Origin: an uncultured Acidobacteriota bacterium
GTDB taxonomy: Bacteria > Acidobacteriota > Thermoanaerobaculia > Thermoanaerobaculales > Sulfomarinibacteraceae
DNA length: 64,000 nucleotides
NCBI GenBank assembly: GCA_963814875.1
Contig: CAWFFJ010000016.1
Coordinates: forward strand, 85,003 to 149,002
Reading direction: 5' to 3'
Under the pieces are notes generated by a model. That model was not told the DNA's origin, did not search any database, and was given only the letters and a program-made list of their open reading frames with translations. Of the stretch, positions 28,791 to 37,985 are shown one piece after another. A program made the translations under genes and the position numbers. The stretch's first letter is position 1. Every line of letters begins with the position of its first letter.

Positions 28791-30275
28791 CTAGGGCCTT
28801 ACCCCGCTGAGCAGGCCGAGGCTGTACTTGAGGTCCTCGTCGACCCAGCGCACTCCACCGCCGATCAGCACCGAGGAGCGCTCGGAGAACAAGGGGTCGT
28901 CCCATCCTGCCATGAGGAACAGGTTCTGGGTCACGAAGTAGCGACCCTCGAGCCGGAGGTGGGGCGAGCTGTCGACGTCGCGGCTGAAGTCGTAGGCCTC
29001 CAGCGACAGCCGCAGGGGCCGATGGGCGAGCTCGAAGGCCTGGTCAACGCCAAACCCGCCGCGGGACTCGAAGACCCCGGCGCGCAGGGTGGTCGAGGGC
29101 AGCAGCTGGTAGCCGATCTGGGCGTTGAAGCCGATCTTGTCCTGGGTTTTGGACGTGGTCTGGGTGATCGAGCTCTGGGAGCCGTCCGGGTAGGTGGTCG
29201 TGATGACCTCGGTCGTGGTCCGGGTCGGGCCGAACGGCGAGTCGACGCCCTCGAGGCGCCAGAACCTCTTCGGCGTCATCCACAGGTCGAAGCCGAACGA
29301 CGTGCGGCTGTCACTGACGCCGGGGAGGGCCTCGCCGCGGATGTTCATCTCGAGGCGGAAGCGCTCGAAGCGCCCGATGGTGTTCTTGAGGGTGTCCACT
29401 CCGGACTCGACCGAGTCCAGGGTCGCGTTGAACTTGTCGACCGTGGTGTCGTCGTTGATCAGCTTGCCGACCGAGCCCTCACCGGAGGCGATCTTGCTCG
29501 TGATCTCGTTGAGGTTGTTGGCGGAGACCTTGAGTCGTTCGGAGAGGTCGCGGATGTTGGCCAGCGAGTCGTGGAGGTCCTCGCGGTTCTCGCCAACGAC
29601 CCCCTGGAGCTGGTCGGCGAGAGCGTTGATCTTCTCAGCGATGCGCGGCAGCTCGTCACGCAGGGTCGTCGAGAAGTCGCGGAAGTTCGCGGTGGTGGCG
29701 TTGACATTGGCCTGGTTGGCGGCAATCAGCTCCTTGAGCTCGGCGGTAGTCTCGCGGATGTTGGTGACGATGTCCGAGATCGCCTCGGCCCCTTTCTCCC
29801 CGCCGAGGGAATCGCTCAGCGCGCTGGTGACGCGCTTGACGTCGGCGCCGATGTCGGTCGCGACCTTGAGCACGTCGTCGAAGGAGGGCGGCGTGCCGCC
29901 CTCGAGCACCGTTCCCGGCGCGAGCAGCGGTGCGTTCGGATCGCCGGGGTAGATCTCGATGTACTTGTCGCCGAGCATGCCGAGATTCGCGACCTGGGCG
30001 CGGGCGCCGGTGTGCAGGGTCACCCCGGGCTCGAGGGAGAGCGAGCACAGGGCGCGGGCGCCGTCGAGCCGGATCCCTTCCACCTTGCCGACCCGGACCC
30101 CGGCGATGCGCACCGCCGCCTGGCGGTCGAGTCCGGCGACCGACGGAAACGACGCGTCCACCAGGAGCCGCTCACCGCGTTCGCCCACCGGGATGTCCTC
30201 GATCTTGATGATGAACGCACCGAGGATGATCAGCCCGACGAGCATGAACAGACCGATCTTGGCGGCTGGGGTCAT
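28791..30275 (-). CDS. mlaD: MlaD/MCE family protein with coiled-coil and C-terminal beta-rich domain
   Basis: GL...VRIAGVRVGKV, GMLGDKYIEIYPG, GEGSVGKLI. Confidence 0.88.
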   Translation of the reverse strand: MTPAAKIGLFMLVGLIILGAFIIKIEDIPVGERGERLLVDASFPSVAGLDRQAAVRIAGVRVGKVEGIRLDGARALCSLSLEPGVTLHTGARAQVANLGMLGDKYIEIYPGDPNAPLLAPGTVLEGGTPPSFDDVLKVATDIGADVKRVTSALSDSLGGEKGAEAISDIVTNIRETTAELKELIAANQANVNATTANFRDFSTTLRDELPRIAEKINALADQLQGVVGENREDLHDSLANIRDLSERLKVSANNLNEITSKIASGEGSVGKLINDDTTVDKFNATLDSVESGVDTLKNTIGRFERFRLEMNIRGEALPGVSDSRTSFGFDLWMTPKRFWRLEGVDSPFGPTRTTTEVITTTYPDGSQSSITQTTSKTQDKIGFNAQIGYQLLPSTTLRAGVFESRGGFGVDQAFELAHRPLRLSLEAYDFSRDVDSSPHLRLEGRYFVTQNLFLMAGWDDPLFSERSSVLIGGGVRWVDEDLKYSLGLLSGVRP

Positions 30276-31042
30276 GGTGTCTCCTCCTCGTCCTGGGGCA
30301 CCTCACCGTTCAGAAACGCCTGCACGTAGGGGTCGGGAAGCCTGGCGAACTCGTCCGGAGGGGCGAACGCGATGATGCGACCGTACCGGAGCATGGCGAT
30401 CCTGTCGGCGATCCGCATGGCGAGGCTCATGTCGTGGGTAATGGTCACCGCAGTGACCTCGAGCTGCCGTCGCATGGCGTTGATGACCGCGGCGATGCGT
30501 GCGGTGTTGATGGGGTCGAGACCGGTGGTCGGCTCGTCGAAGAGCAGGATCTGGGGCTCCAGCGCGATCGCGCGGGCGAAGCCAACTCGACGCCGCATCC
30601 CGCCTGAGAGCTCGGCAGGCATCCTGGTCTCGACGTCGTTGAGGCCGACCTGCCGCAGGCACTCTCGCACGCGCTCGGAGATCGCCGGTCGACTGCGCCG
30701 GGTGTGCCGCCGCAGCGGGAACGCGATGTTGTCGAACACCGTCATCGAGTCAAACAGCGCGCCCTCCTGGAAGCTCATGCCGAAGCGCTTTCGCAGATTG
30801 AGCGCGATCTCCGGGGCGGCCGCGGTGAGGTCGACGCCATCGACCACCACGTGGCCCTCGTCGGGCAGGTAGAGCCCGATCAGGTGCTTGATGAGGACGG
30901 TCTTGCCGGCGCCCGAGCCGCCGACCACCACGACCGACTCACCGGACAGGACCTCCAAATCAACACCGTCCAGCACACGGTTGGAACCGAACGACTTGAC
31001 CAGTGAGATGACGCTGATCTTGGGCTGCGTGAGGGTTTCCAT
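30272..31042 (-). CDS. mlaF: MlaF-type ABC ATPase
   Basis: GGSGAGKT, FQEGALFDS, LSGGM, DEPTTGLDP. Confidence 0.9.
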   Translation of the reverse strand: METLTQPKISVISLVKSFGSNRVLDGVDLEVLSGESVVVVGGSGAGKTVLIKHLIGLYLPDEGHVVVDGVDLTAAAPEIALNLRKRFGMSFQEGALFDSMTVFDNIAFPLRRHTRRSRPAISERVRECLRQVGLNDVETRMPAELSGGMRRRVGFARAIALEPQILLFDEPTTGLDPINTARIAAVINAMRRQLEVTAVTITHDMSLAMRIADRIAMLRYGRIIAFAPPDEFARLPDPYVQAFLNGEVPQDEEETP

Positions 31043-31049
31043 CGCCGCC

Positions 31050-31826
31050 TCAGAACAGGATCTTGGTGAGGAAGAAGTCGGACAGCAAGATGGACAGCGA
31101 ACCCATCACCACCGCAGCCGTGGTCGCCCGACCGACGCCCTCGGCCCCGCCCGACGTGTAGAACCCCTTGGAGCAGCCGGTGACCGCGAGGATGAAGCCG
31201 AAGAACGCCGCCTTGATCAGCCCCGACGTGACGTCGTTGACCTCCATGTACTGGAAGGTTCTGCGCCAGTAGACATAGCCGTTGGCGCCGAAGAGACCCA
31301 CCGCGATGGCGTAGCCGCCGAGAATGCCAACGGCGTCACCGACCAGGGTGAGCAGCGGCAGCATGAGCACCGAGGAGCCGACCCGCGGGACGACCAGGTA
31401 CTGGATGGGCTCGGTCGCCATCGCGTAGAGCGCGTCGATCTGCTCGGTGACGCGCATGGTACCGAGCTCCGCGGCCATCGAGGACCCGACCCTTCCCGCA
31501 ACCATCAGTGCGGTCAGCACCGGCGCCAGCTCGCGGGTCAATGACAGCGCCACGACCGAGGCGACGAAGCCCTCGGCATGGAAGCGCTCGAAGCCGCGGT
31601 AGGTCTGCAGGGCCAGGACCATGCCGGTGAACATCGTGGTCAGGAAGACCACGGGGATCGAGTCGTAGCCGACGCGCACCATCTGCTTGAGCCACTCGCG
31701 CGGCTCGAACGGGGGCCGGACCAACCACAGGAAGGACTGGGCCGCGATGTAGAAGAAACGGCCCAGCTCCTCGAGGACGTGCAGGACCAGCAGGCCGAAG
31801 CTCTCCAGCCAGGCAACCACCCGCAC
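31050..31826 (-). CDS. mlaE: MlaE-type ABC permease
   Basis: RELAPV...AGRVGS..AAELGTMRVTEQIDAL. Confidence 0.93.
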   Translation of the reverse strand: MRVVAWLESFGLLVLHVLEELGRFFYIAAQSFLWLVRPPFEPREWLKQMVRVGYDSIPVVFLTTMFTGMVLALQTYRGFERFHAEGFVASVVALSLTRELAPVLTALMVAGRVGSSMAAELGTMRVTEQIDALYAMATEPIQYLVVPRVGSSVLMLPLLTLVGDAVGILGGYAIAVGLFGANGYVYWRRTFQYMEVNDVTSGLIKAAFFGFILAVTGCSKGFYTSGGAEGVGRATTAAVVMGSLSILLSDFFLTKILF

Positions 31827-31831
31827 CTCCC

Positions 31832-33205
31832 CTACCAGGGTGCCTCGCCCTCGTCGCGCGCGAGGTCGGCGTTTTCGAACCGTGTGTACTCGTGCTGGAA
31901 AACCAGGTCGATCTGGCCGGTGGGGCCGTTGCGCTGCTTGGCGATGATGAGCTCGGCCAGGCGCCGGTCGTCGACCTCGGGATCGTACATCGCGGGGCGG
32001 ATGATGAACAGGACCACGTCGGCGTCCTGCTCGATCGAGCCGGACTCGCGCAGATCGCTGAGCTGCGGTCGGTGGTCGCCGCCACGGCGGTCCGGCTGGC
32101 GGCTGAGCTGGGACAGGACCAGCATCGGCACGTCGAGCTCCTTGGCGACCGCCTTGAGCCCGCGCGAGATCGCCGACACCTCCTCGTTGCGGCTCGAAAA
32201 GCGGGCGCCACCGGACATCAGCTGGAGATAGTCGACCATGACCAGGTCGATGGCGTGCTCCTGCTTGAGCCGCCGAGCCTTGGCAGAGAGCTCGAGAACC
32301 GACATCCCAGGGGTGTCGTCGATCCAGATGTCCGCCTCCTCGAGGGTCTGCGCGGCCATCGTCAGGCGCGGCCAGTCCGCCTTGGCGAGATAGCCGGTGG
32401 CGAAGCGCTTCTGGTCGACGCGCGCTTCGGAGGAAAGAACCCGGCGCACCAGCGCGTCCGCCGACATCTCGAGCGAGAAGATGGCGACCTTGGCGCCGCC
32501 GCGCAGAGCGACATGGGTACAGATGTTGAGGGCGAGCGAGGTCTTGCCCATCGAGGGGCGGGCGGCCAGGATCACGAGGTCCTTGCGCTGCAGCCCGGAG
32601 GTGAACTCGTTGAGCCGGGTGTAGCCGGTGTCGAGCCCGGTGAGGGTCGAGTGGGAGTCGCGGGCGGCCTCGAGGTTGGCGACCTCGCGCCGAGTCAACT
32701 CACGGATGTGGACCAAGCCCCCGGAGAGGGTGTCCTCGGCGATCCGGTAGACGTCGGCCTGGGCCTGCTCCACTGCCTCCTTGGCAAGGCCCTGGTCGAG
32801 CGTGCACGTCGTCAGCATCCGCTGCGCGGCACCGATGAGCTGCCGTTTGACCGCCTTGTCGTGGACGATCTCAGCGTAGAAAGCGACGTGGGCGACGTCC
32901 GGCAGCGCATCGACCAGCGACGCCAGATAGCTTGCTCCGCCGACCCGTTCGAGCTGGCCCTGCTCGCGCAGGTAGTTGGTCACGGTCAGGAGGTCGGCCC
33001 CCTGACCCCGCTCTTGGAGCTCGAGACAGGCCTGGTAAACGAGGCGGTGGCTGTCGAGGTAGAACTCCTCGGCGCGCAGGACCTCGATCACGCGCAGCAG
33101 CGATCCAGGGTCGAGCAGCACGGCGCCGAGCACCGCCCGCTCTGCCTCGGGCTCATGGGGCAGCCGCTGCGGCAGCGCCTCCGTCCGCTCCACCGTGCTC
33201 GCCAT
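31832..33205 (-). CDS. dnaB: Replicative DNA helicase
   Basis: AARPSMGKT, DYLQLM, LSQLSR, DLRESGSIEQDAD, KQRNGP; no intein seen. Confidence 0.97.
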   Translation of the reverse strand: MASTVERTEALPQRLPHEPEAERAVLGAVLLDPGSLLRVIEVLRAEEFYLDSHRLVYQACLELQERGQGADLLTVTNYLREQGQLERVGGASYLASLVDALPDVAHVAFYAEIVHDKAVKRQLIGAAQRMLTTCTLDQGLAKEAVEQAQADVYRIAEDTLSGGLVHIRELTRREVANLEAARDSHSTLTGLDTGYTRLNEFTSGLQRKDLVILAARPSMGKTSLALNICTHVALRGGAKVAIFSLEMSADALVRRVLSSEARVDQKRFATGYLAKADWPRLTMAAQTLEEADIWIDDTPGMSVLELSAKARRLKQEHAIDLVMVDYLQLMSGGARFSSRNEEVSAISRGLKAVAKELDVPMLVLSQLSRQPDRRGGDHRPQLSDLRESGSIEQDADVVLFIIRPAMYDPEVDDRRLAELIIAKQRNGPTGQIDLVFQHEYTRFENADLARDEGEAPW

Positions 33206-33268
33206 CAGACGCCTATCCTACCTCGACCCGAAACGAAAACGCAGTGCCGAGGCCACCTCCCACCCATA

Positions 33269-33442
33269 CACCACCAAGACACCAAGAGAGGGCCTGTGAT
33301 TCGAGTCCCGAGCCTCATTCCCCAGTCGACCCCGGAACTGCCGAGAGACCGCTTGAACGCACGAGAGGATCCTTCACTTCTCCAACACTCTCCACCAGCT
33401 GTCTCGATGCGATGACTTGGTGTCTTGGTGTCTTGGTGGTTC
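33269..33442. repeat. Inverted CACCAAGA tandem-repeat pair
   Basis: CACCACCAAGACACCAAGAG on the left; CTTGGTGTCTTGGTGTCTTGGTGGTTC on the right, abutting the aroB stop. Confidence 0.75.
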
Positions 33443-34531
33443 TCACGGTCGGCTGCGGCCGAGGGTGGCGAGCACGTCGCGGAGCTCGGCGGTGGCCACG
33501 CGCTGGCCGAGGACCACGCCGTCGTCGGTGGGGAGCACCCAGGCAACGCCACCGTCGTCACGTTTCTTGTCCCGTGCGAGGTGGTCGAGGATGCCCTCGA
33601 CGGAGAGGTCGGTGACCGGCGGCAGCGGTCCCAGCGCGGTCACCGCGGAGCGCAGGCGGTCGGCGGAGGACTCCGACAACAGGCCGCGCCGGTTGGACAG
33701 CTCGGCGACCGCGAGCAGGCCCCACGCCACCGCCTCGCCGTGCACAAAGCGGCGGTAGCCGGTGGCGGCCTCGAGCGCGTGTCCGACGGTGTGCCCAAGG
33801 TTCAGTGCGGCGCGACGGCCGGCCTCGCGCTCGTCGGCCTCGACCAACTCGGCCTTGACGGCCACCGCCCGAGCGACCAGCTCGCGCCAGCGCTCGGACG
33901 ACAGCGACGAGGGGGCGTCGATCGGCCGGTCGAGCAGCTCGAGCAGGCCGCGGTCGGCGATCCAGGCGTGCTTGACGACCTCGGCGAGCCCGGCTCGCAG
34001 CTCGCGAGGCGGGAGCGTGGCGAGGGTCGCGACGTCGGCGACCACCAGCCGCGGCGGCCAGAAGGCGCCGGCGAGGTTCTTGCCCGCCCCGAGGTTGATC
34101 CCGGTCTTGCCCCCGACCGCTGCATCGACCATGGCGAGCAGCGTTGTCGGGACCGCGATCCAGTCGATCCCGCGCAGGTAGACCGCTGCGGCGAAGCCGA
34201 TCAGGTCGGTCACCACGCCGCCGCCGACCGCCGCCACCGTGTCGCCGCGGTGCAGACCGCGCGCGAGGAGGGTCGCGAGCACGGTCTCGATCTGCGACCA
34301 GCACTTGCTCGCCTCCCCGTCGGGCAGCTCCAGCGGCGCGCCAGCACCGAGCGCCTCGGCCGCCGCGCGGGCCCACAGCGGGCCTACGGTGACATCCGAA
34401 CCCACGGCTCGCGGGCGCGGAACGCCTTCCGCCGCGGCGAGCTCGCCGAGCCGCGCGAGCAGTCCCTCCCCAACCAGCACCGTGTAGGCGCCGCGCTCGC
34501 TTCGGATGCTGCGCCGGATCGGGTGGTCCAC
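33443..34531 (-). CDS. aroB: 3-dehydroquinate synthase
   Basis: GGGVVTD, PTTLLAMVDAAVGGKTG, LNLGHTVGHALE, HGEAV. Confidence 0.95.
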   Translation of the reverse strand: MDHPIRRSIRSERGAYTVLVGEGLLARLGELAAAEGVPRPRAVGSDVTVGPLWARAAAEALGAGAPLELPDGEASKCWSQIETVLATLLARGLHRGDTVAAVGGGVVTDLIGFAAAVYLRGIDWIAVPTTLLAMVDAAVGGKTGINLGAGKNLAGAFWPPRLVVADVATLATLPPRELRAGLAEVVKHAWIADRGLLELLDRPIDAPSSLSSERWRELVARAVAVKAELVEADEREAGRRAALNLGHTVGHALEAATGYRRFVHGEAVAWGLLAVAELSNRRGLLSESSADRLRSAVTALGPLPPVTDLSVEGILDHLARDKKRDDGGVAWVLPTDDGVVLGQRVATAELRDVLATLGRSRP

Positions 34532-34625
34532 GTTCCCGTGTCCCCTCTCGTTGCGATCGGGCCCGCACACCACCTCAGTCTACTGCCTCCACGCCATCGA
34601 CCCGGGCTCTTCACGACAGGCGACG

Positions 34626-34656
34626 AAAAGGCCCGGGCGGGAGACCCACCCGGGCC
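34626..34656 (-). terminator. Intrinsic terminator of the TonB-dependent receptor gene
   Basis: GGCCCGGGTGGG-TCT-CCCGCCCGGGCC-TTTT on the minus strand. Confidence 0.75.
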
Positions 34657-34678
34657 GAGAGAACGCGTCCGCGACGCC

Positions 34679-37600
34679 CTAGAAGGTGTAGCGGAGTCCG
34701 AGCTTCGCGCGCCAGCGGGAGCGCAGGTTGTCGAGCACGAACAGCGGGTTCTGGTCGGGGTCAGTGACCTGGTTGTAGATCTGATAAATCGGTTTGCCGG
34801 TGGCCTGATCGATGCCGAGGTACTTGGCCGGGGTAATGGTGCCGAAGTTGACATAGGTGACGTGCCCGGCCTTGGCGTCGATCAGGTTGAGGAAGTTGAG
34901 GATGTCGCCGGTGAGCTCGAGCTCGCCGTAGGGCACCGGGATGTTCTGGCCGATGTGGAGGTCGAGGCTCTGGGTCCAGGGACCGTACTGGGCGTTGCGC
35001 GGCGCGATCTTGCCCAGGTACTTGTCGTAGCCGGTCGCCTGGAGGAAGGACAGCATCTGGTCCCAGGTGCCGCCCTGCATGATGACGTCATCCGGGCCCG
35101 AGGGGACGTAGAACAGGTCGTTGCCGGTGGTGGTGTCGCCGTTGACGCTCGGGAAGTTGGAGGCGAAGATCAGGGAGAACGGGCGCCCGCTCTGGCGGTT
35201 GAAGTAGGCCGACAGGGTGGTCGACCACCGGGTCTCGGCGTTGAAGGTGTAGGCGACCGAGGCTGACAGGCGGTGCTTGACCTCGAAGTCCGAGGTGCTC
35301 TCGCCCGGGTTGTTGGGGTCGACCGCCTCGTTGTACTGCCAGTTCGAGACCGCGCGGCTGGAGCTGCCCTCGTTGACGGTCGTGGCCCTGGCCCAGGTGT
35401 AGGCAAGGTAGCCGTAGGCGCCGCCGCTGTAGGGCCGCTCGAGCTTGAAAGTGACGTTCTTCTGCTCGCCCTTGTCGGTGTTGGTGAGCAGGTAGGCGCC
35501 GGTGAAGGTGCTGTCGATGGATGAGAAGTAGGGACGGCCGTCCCACATCGTCCCGGTCTGCTGCAGGTTGATGTTCTGGTACAGGATGTCCTTCTGGACC
35601 TTGGCGTAGAGACCCTCGACCGTGGCGACCATGTTCCACCACGGCAGCCGCTGGTCGTAGGCGAGGTTCATGCGCCACACCTGCGGGAACTCGAAGTTCG
35701 GGTCGACCAGGTTGACCTCCTGGCTGGAGCCCTGCACACCGGGCAGGTCGGCCAGTGTCGGCTGATTGAACGGGTCGGGGTTAAAGGGGATCGAGCCAGT
35801 GGCGCGCAGCGTAGTCTGCTCGATGCCGTTGCGGCCGTAGTTGTTGGAGATCCAGACGTAGGGGCTGCGGCCGGCGAAGAGGCCGAGGCCGCCGCGCAGC
35901 TGGGACATGCCGTCGCCCTTGATGTCCCAGTTGAAGCCGACGCGGGGCGACCACAGGATGTTGCCGCTCGGCATCTCGCTGTTCTTGTAGCCGAAGATCT
36001 CCTGGACCAGCGGGTTGTCCTGGGGCTTGTCGGGGAACAGCGGGATGTCGGCGCGGAGGCCGAACACCATGCTCACGTTGGAGCGTGCCCGCCAGGTGTC
36101 GCCGGCGTAGAAACCGAGCTGCTGGACGCTGAACTCGTCGTAGGGCTGGGCGTCGTTGGAGTAGGTGTAGTCGTACTGCTTCGCGTTGCCGGCGTAGAAG
36201 TCCGTCAGGCTGTTGAACTGGTAGGCGCCGAAGGCCTGCTGGATGAAGAGGTTCTTGAAGCTGAACAGCTCGTTGTGGGTGCCGAGGACGATCTCGTGGT
36301 CACCGGCGAAGAAGGTGAAGTCGTCGGTGATCTCGGTGATGTCCTGGTCGAGCGAGTTTGCGGTCGAGTAGTCCTCGGAGCCGACCTTGAAGTCGGCCGA
36401 GCTGTTGGTCAGGTTCTGGATCGTGATCGACGGGAAGGGGTCGCCGACGTAATTGCGGCGGTCCTTGATCGTCTGGTAGACCAGGCGGCCCTGGTTGAAC
36501 TTGGTGTCGCCGAACACGCTGTCGAGCTGGGCCACGGTCGAGTTGGTCTCGTCGTGGAAGGTGTAGGCGTAGTTCGGGAAGGGATAGCTGTAGGACGACG
36601 GGAACAGGATCAGGTTGTCGGCCTTGACGTAGTTGTGGCGGAAGGTGAGGTTGTGGGCGTCGGAGATGTTCCAGTCGAGGCGGCCGAAGTAGAGGTCGCT
36701 GTCGATGGGCTTGGTGACCTGGCCGAAACCGCCGGTGTCGTAGCCGTAGGTCGTCTTCAGGAAGCTGCTGAACGTCTGCGCATCGTCGAGCGCGGTGCAG
36801 CCCGAGTAGCAGTTGCCGGCGCTGCCGTCGAGGGACCAGCCGGAGGGCGAGTCCTTGCGCGAGATCTCGGCGTTGACGAAGAAGAACAGCTTGTCCTTCA
36901 TGACCGGGCCGCCGAGGCGGAAGCCGTACTGCTTCTCCTTGAAGGTGCCGAGGGCGGGGAAGTCATACGGGCCCTTGCCGACGTAGCCGTCGTCGAAGAA
37001 GTAGCCGAAGACCGATCCGGCGAAGGTGTTCGAGCCGCTGCGGGTCACCAGGTTGATGCCGCCGCCGGAGAACATGCCCTGGCGGACGTCATAGGGCGAG
37101 ACCAGGAGCTGGAGCTCCTTGACCGCCTCGAGGCTGATCGGCTGGGTCGCGGCCTGGCCGCCGGGGGTGCCGGAGTCGGCGAGCCCGAACAGGTCGTTGT
37201 TGACCGCGCCGTCGATCTGGATGTTGTTGTAGCGGTTGTTGCGGCCGGCGACGGAGAGCACGGTCTGGCCGTCGTTGATCGCGCCCGCGTTGAACAGCGG
37301 GTTGATCCGGGCCAGATCGGTCAGGCTGCGCTCGATCTTGGGCAGCGACTCGACGAGCTGGACCGGGACGTTGGATGTCTGGCCCATCTTGGTCGGGTTG
37401 ATGAGCGGGTCGGACTGGGCGAAGACCTCGACTTCGCCGGTCGCGGCCTCGAGCCGGAGCTTGAGCTCGAGGTTGGTGTCCTCACCGAGGCGGACGGCGA
37501 CGTTGCCCTGCTGCAGGGTCGTGAACCCGGTCAGCGACGCCTCCACCTGGTACATCCCGGGTCGCAGGTTGCGCAGGCGGAACCGACCCTGGTCATCGGT

Positions 37601-37783
37601 CACCGAGGTGTAGCGGGTGCCGGTATCAGCCAGCACCGCCACGATGGACACGCCGGGGAGCACGTCCCCGTTGGGGTCGGTGATCACGCCGCTCAGCGCG
37701 CCGGTGGTCACGCCCTGGGCGTACACCGACCCCGCCGCCAGCGCAAGCGCCAGGCCGACAAGCAAGACTCTCCTCAACAACAT
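34679..37783 (-). CDS. TonB-dependent receptor (Oar-like, N-terminal carboxypeptidase-regulatory-like domain)
   Basis: Signal peptide; IDGAVNND, GGGINLVTRSGSN; C-terminal LRYTF. Confidence 0.93.
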   Translation of the reverse strand: MLLRRVLLVGLALALAAGSVYAQGVTTGALSGVITDPNGDVLPGVSIVAVLADTGTRYTSVTDDQGRFRLRNLRPGMYQVEASLTGFTTLQQGNVAVRLGEDTNLELKLRLEAATGEVEVFAQSDPLINPTKMGQTSNVPVQLVESLPKIERSLTDLARINPLFNAGAINDGQTVLSVAGRNNRYNNIQIDGAVNNDLFGLADSGTPGGQAATQPISLEAVKELQLLVSPYDVRQGMFSGGGINLVTRSGSNTFAGSVFGYFFDDGYVGKGPYDFPALGTFKEKQYGFRLGGPVMKDKLFFFVNAEISRKDSPSGWSLDGSAGNCYSGCTALDDAQTFSSFLKTTYGYDTGGFGQVTKPIDSDLYFGRLDWNISDAHNLTFRHNYVKADNLILFPSSYSYPFPNYAYTFHDETNSTVAQLDSVFGDTKFNQGRLVYQTIKDRRNYVGDPFPSITIQNLTNSSADFKVGSEDYSTANSLDQDITEITDDFTFFAGDHEIVLGTHNELFSFKNLFIQQAFGAYQFNSLTDFYAGNAKQYDYTYSNDAQPYDEFSVQQLGFYAGDTWRARSNVSMVFGLRADIPLFPDKPQDNPLVQEIFGYKNSEMPSGNILWSPRVGFNWDIKGDGMSQLRGGLGLFAGRSPYVWISNNYGRNGIEQTTLRATGSIPFNPDPFNQPTLADLPGVQGSSQEVNLVDPNFEFPQVWRMNLAYDQRLPWWNMVATVEGLYAKVQKDILYQNINLQQTGTMWDGRPYFSSIDSTFTGAYLLTNTDKGEQKNVTFKLERPYSGGAYGYLAYTWARATTVNEGSSSRAVSNWQYNEAVDPNNPGESTSDFEVKHRLSASVAYTFNAETRWSTTLSAYFNRQSGRPFSLIFASNFPSVNGDTTTGNDLFYVPSGPDDVIMQGGTWDQMLSFLQATGYDKYLGKIAPRNAQYGPWTQSLDLHIGQNIPVPYGELELTGDILNFLNLIDAKAGHVTYVNFGTITPAKYLGIDQATGKPIYQIYNQVTDPDQNPLFVLDNLRSRWRAKLGLRYTF

Positions 37784-37985
37784 CTGAACCTCCTTATGTG
37801 TCGCACCGGTCCGACAGCGTCGAGCTGCTCACAACCGGAGCCGCGATAATAATCTCCCATAGCGCTCGAATCGAGAAGCCCCCGTAAGAAATCCGTGAAG
37901 ATTGCCCGGAACAGTTTCCCAAGGCCCATCCCGGGACCTCCCGTCGTGGTCTCTCTACGCCGCCACGACCGGCCTCCACCCAGTC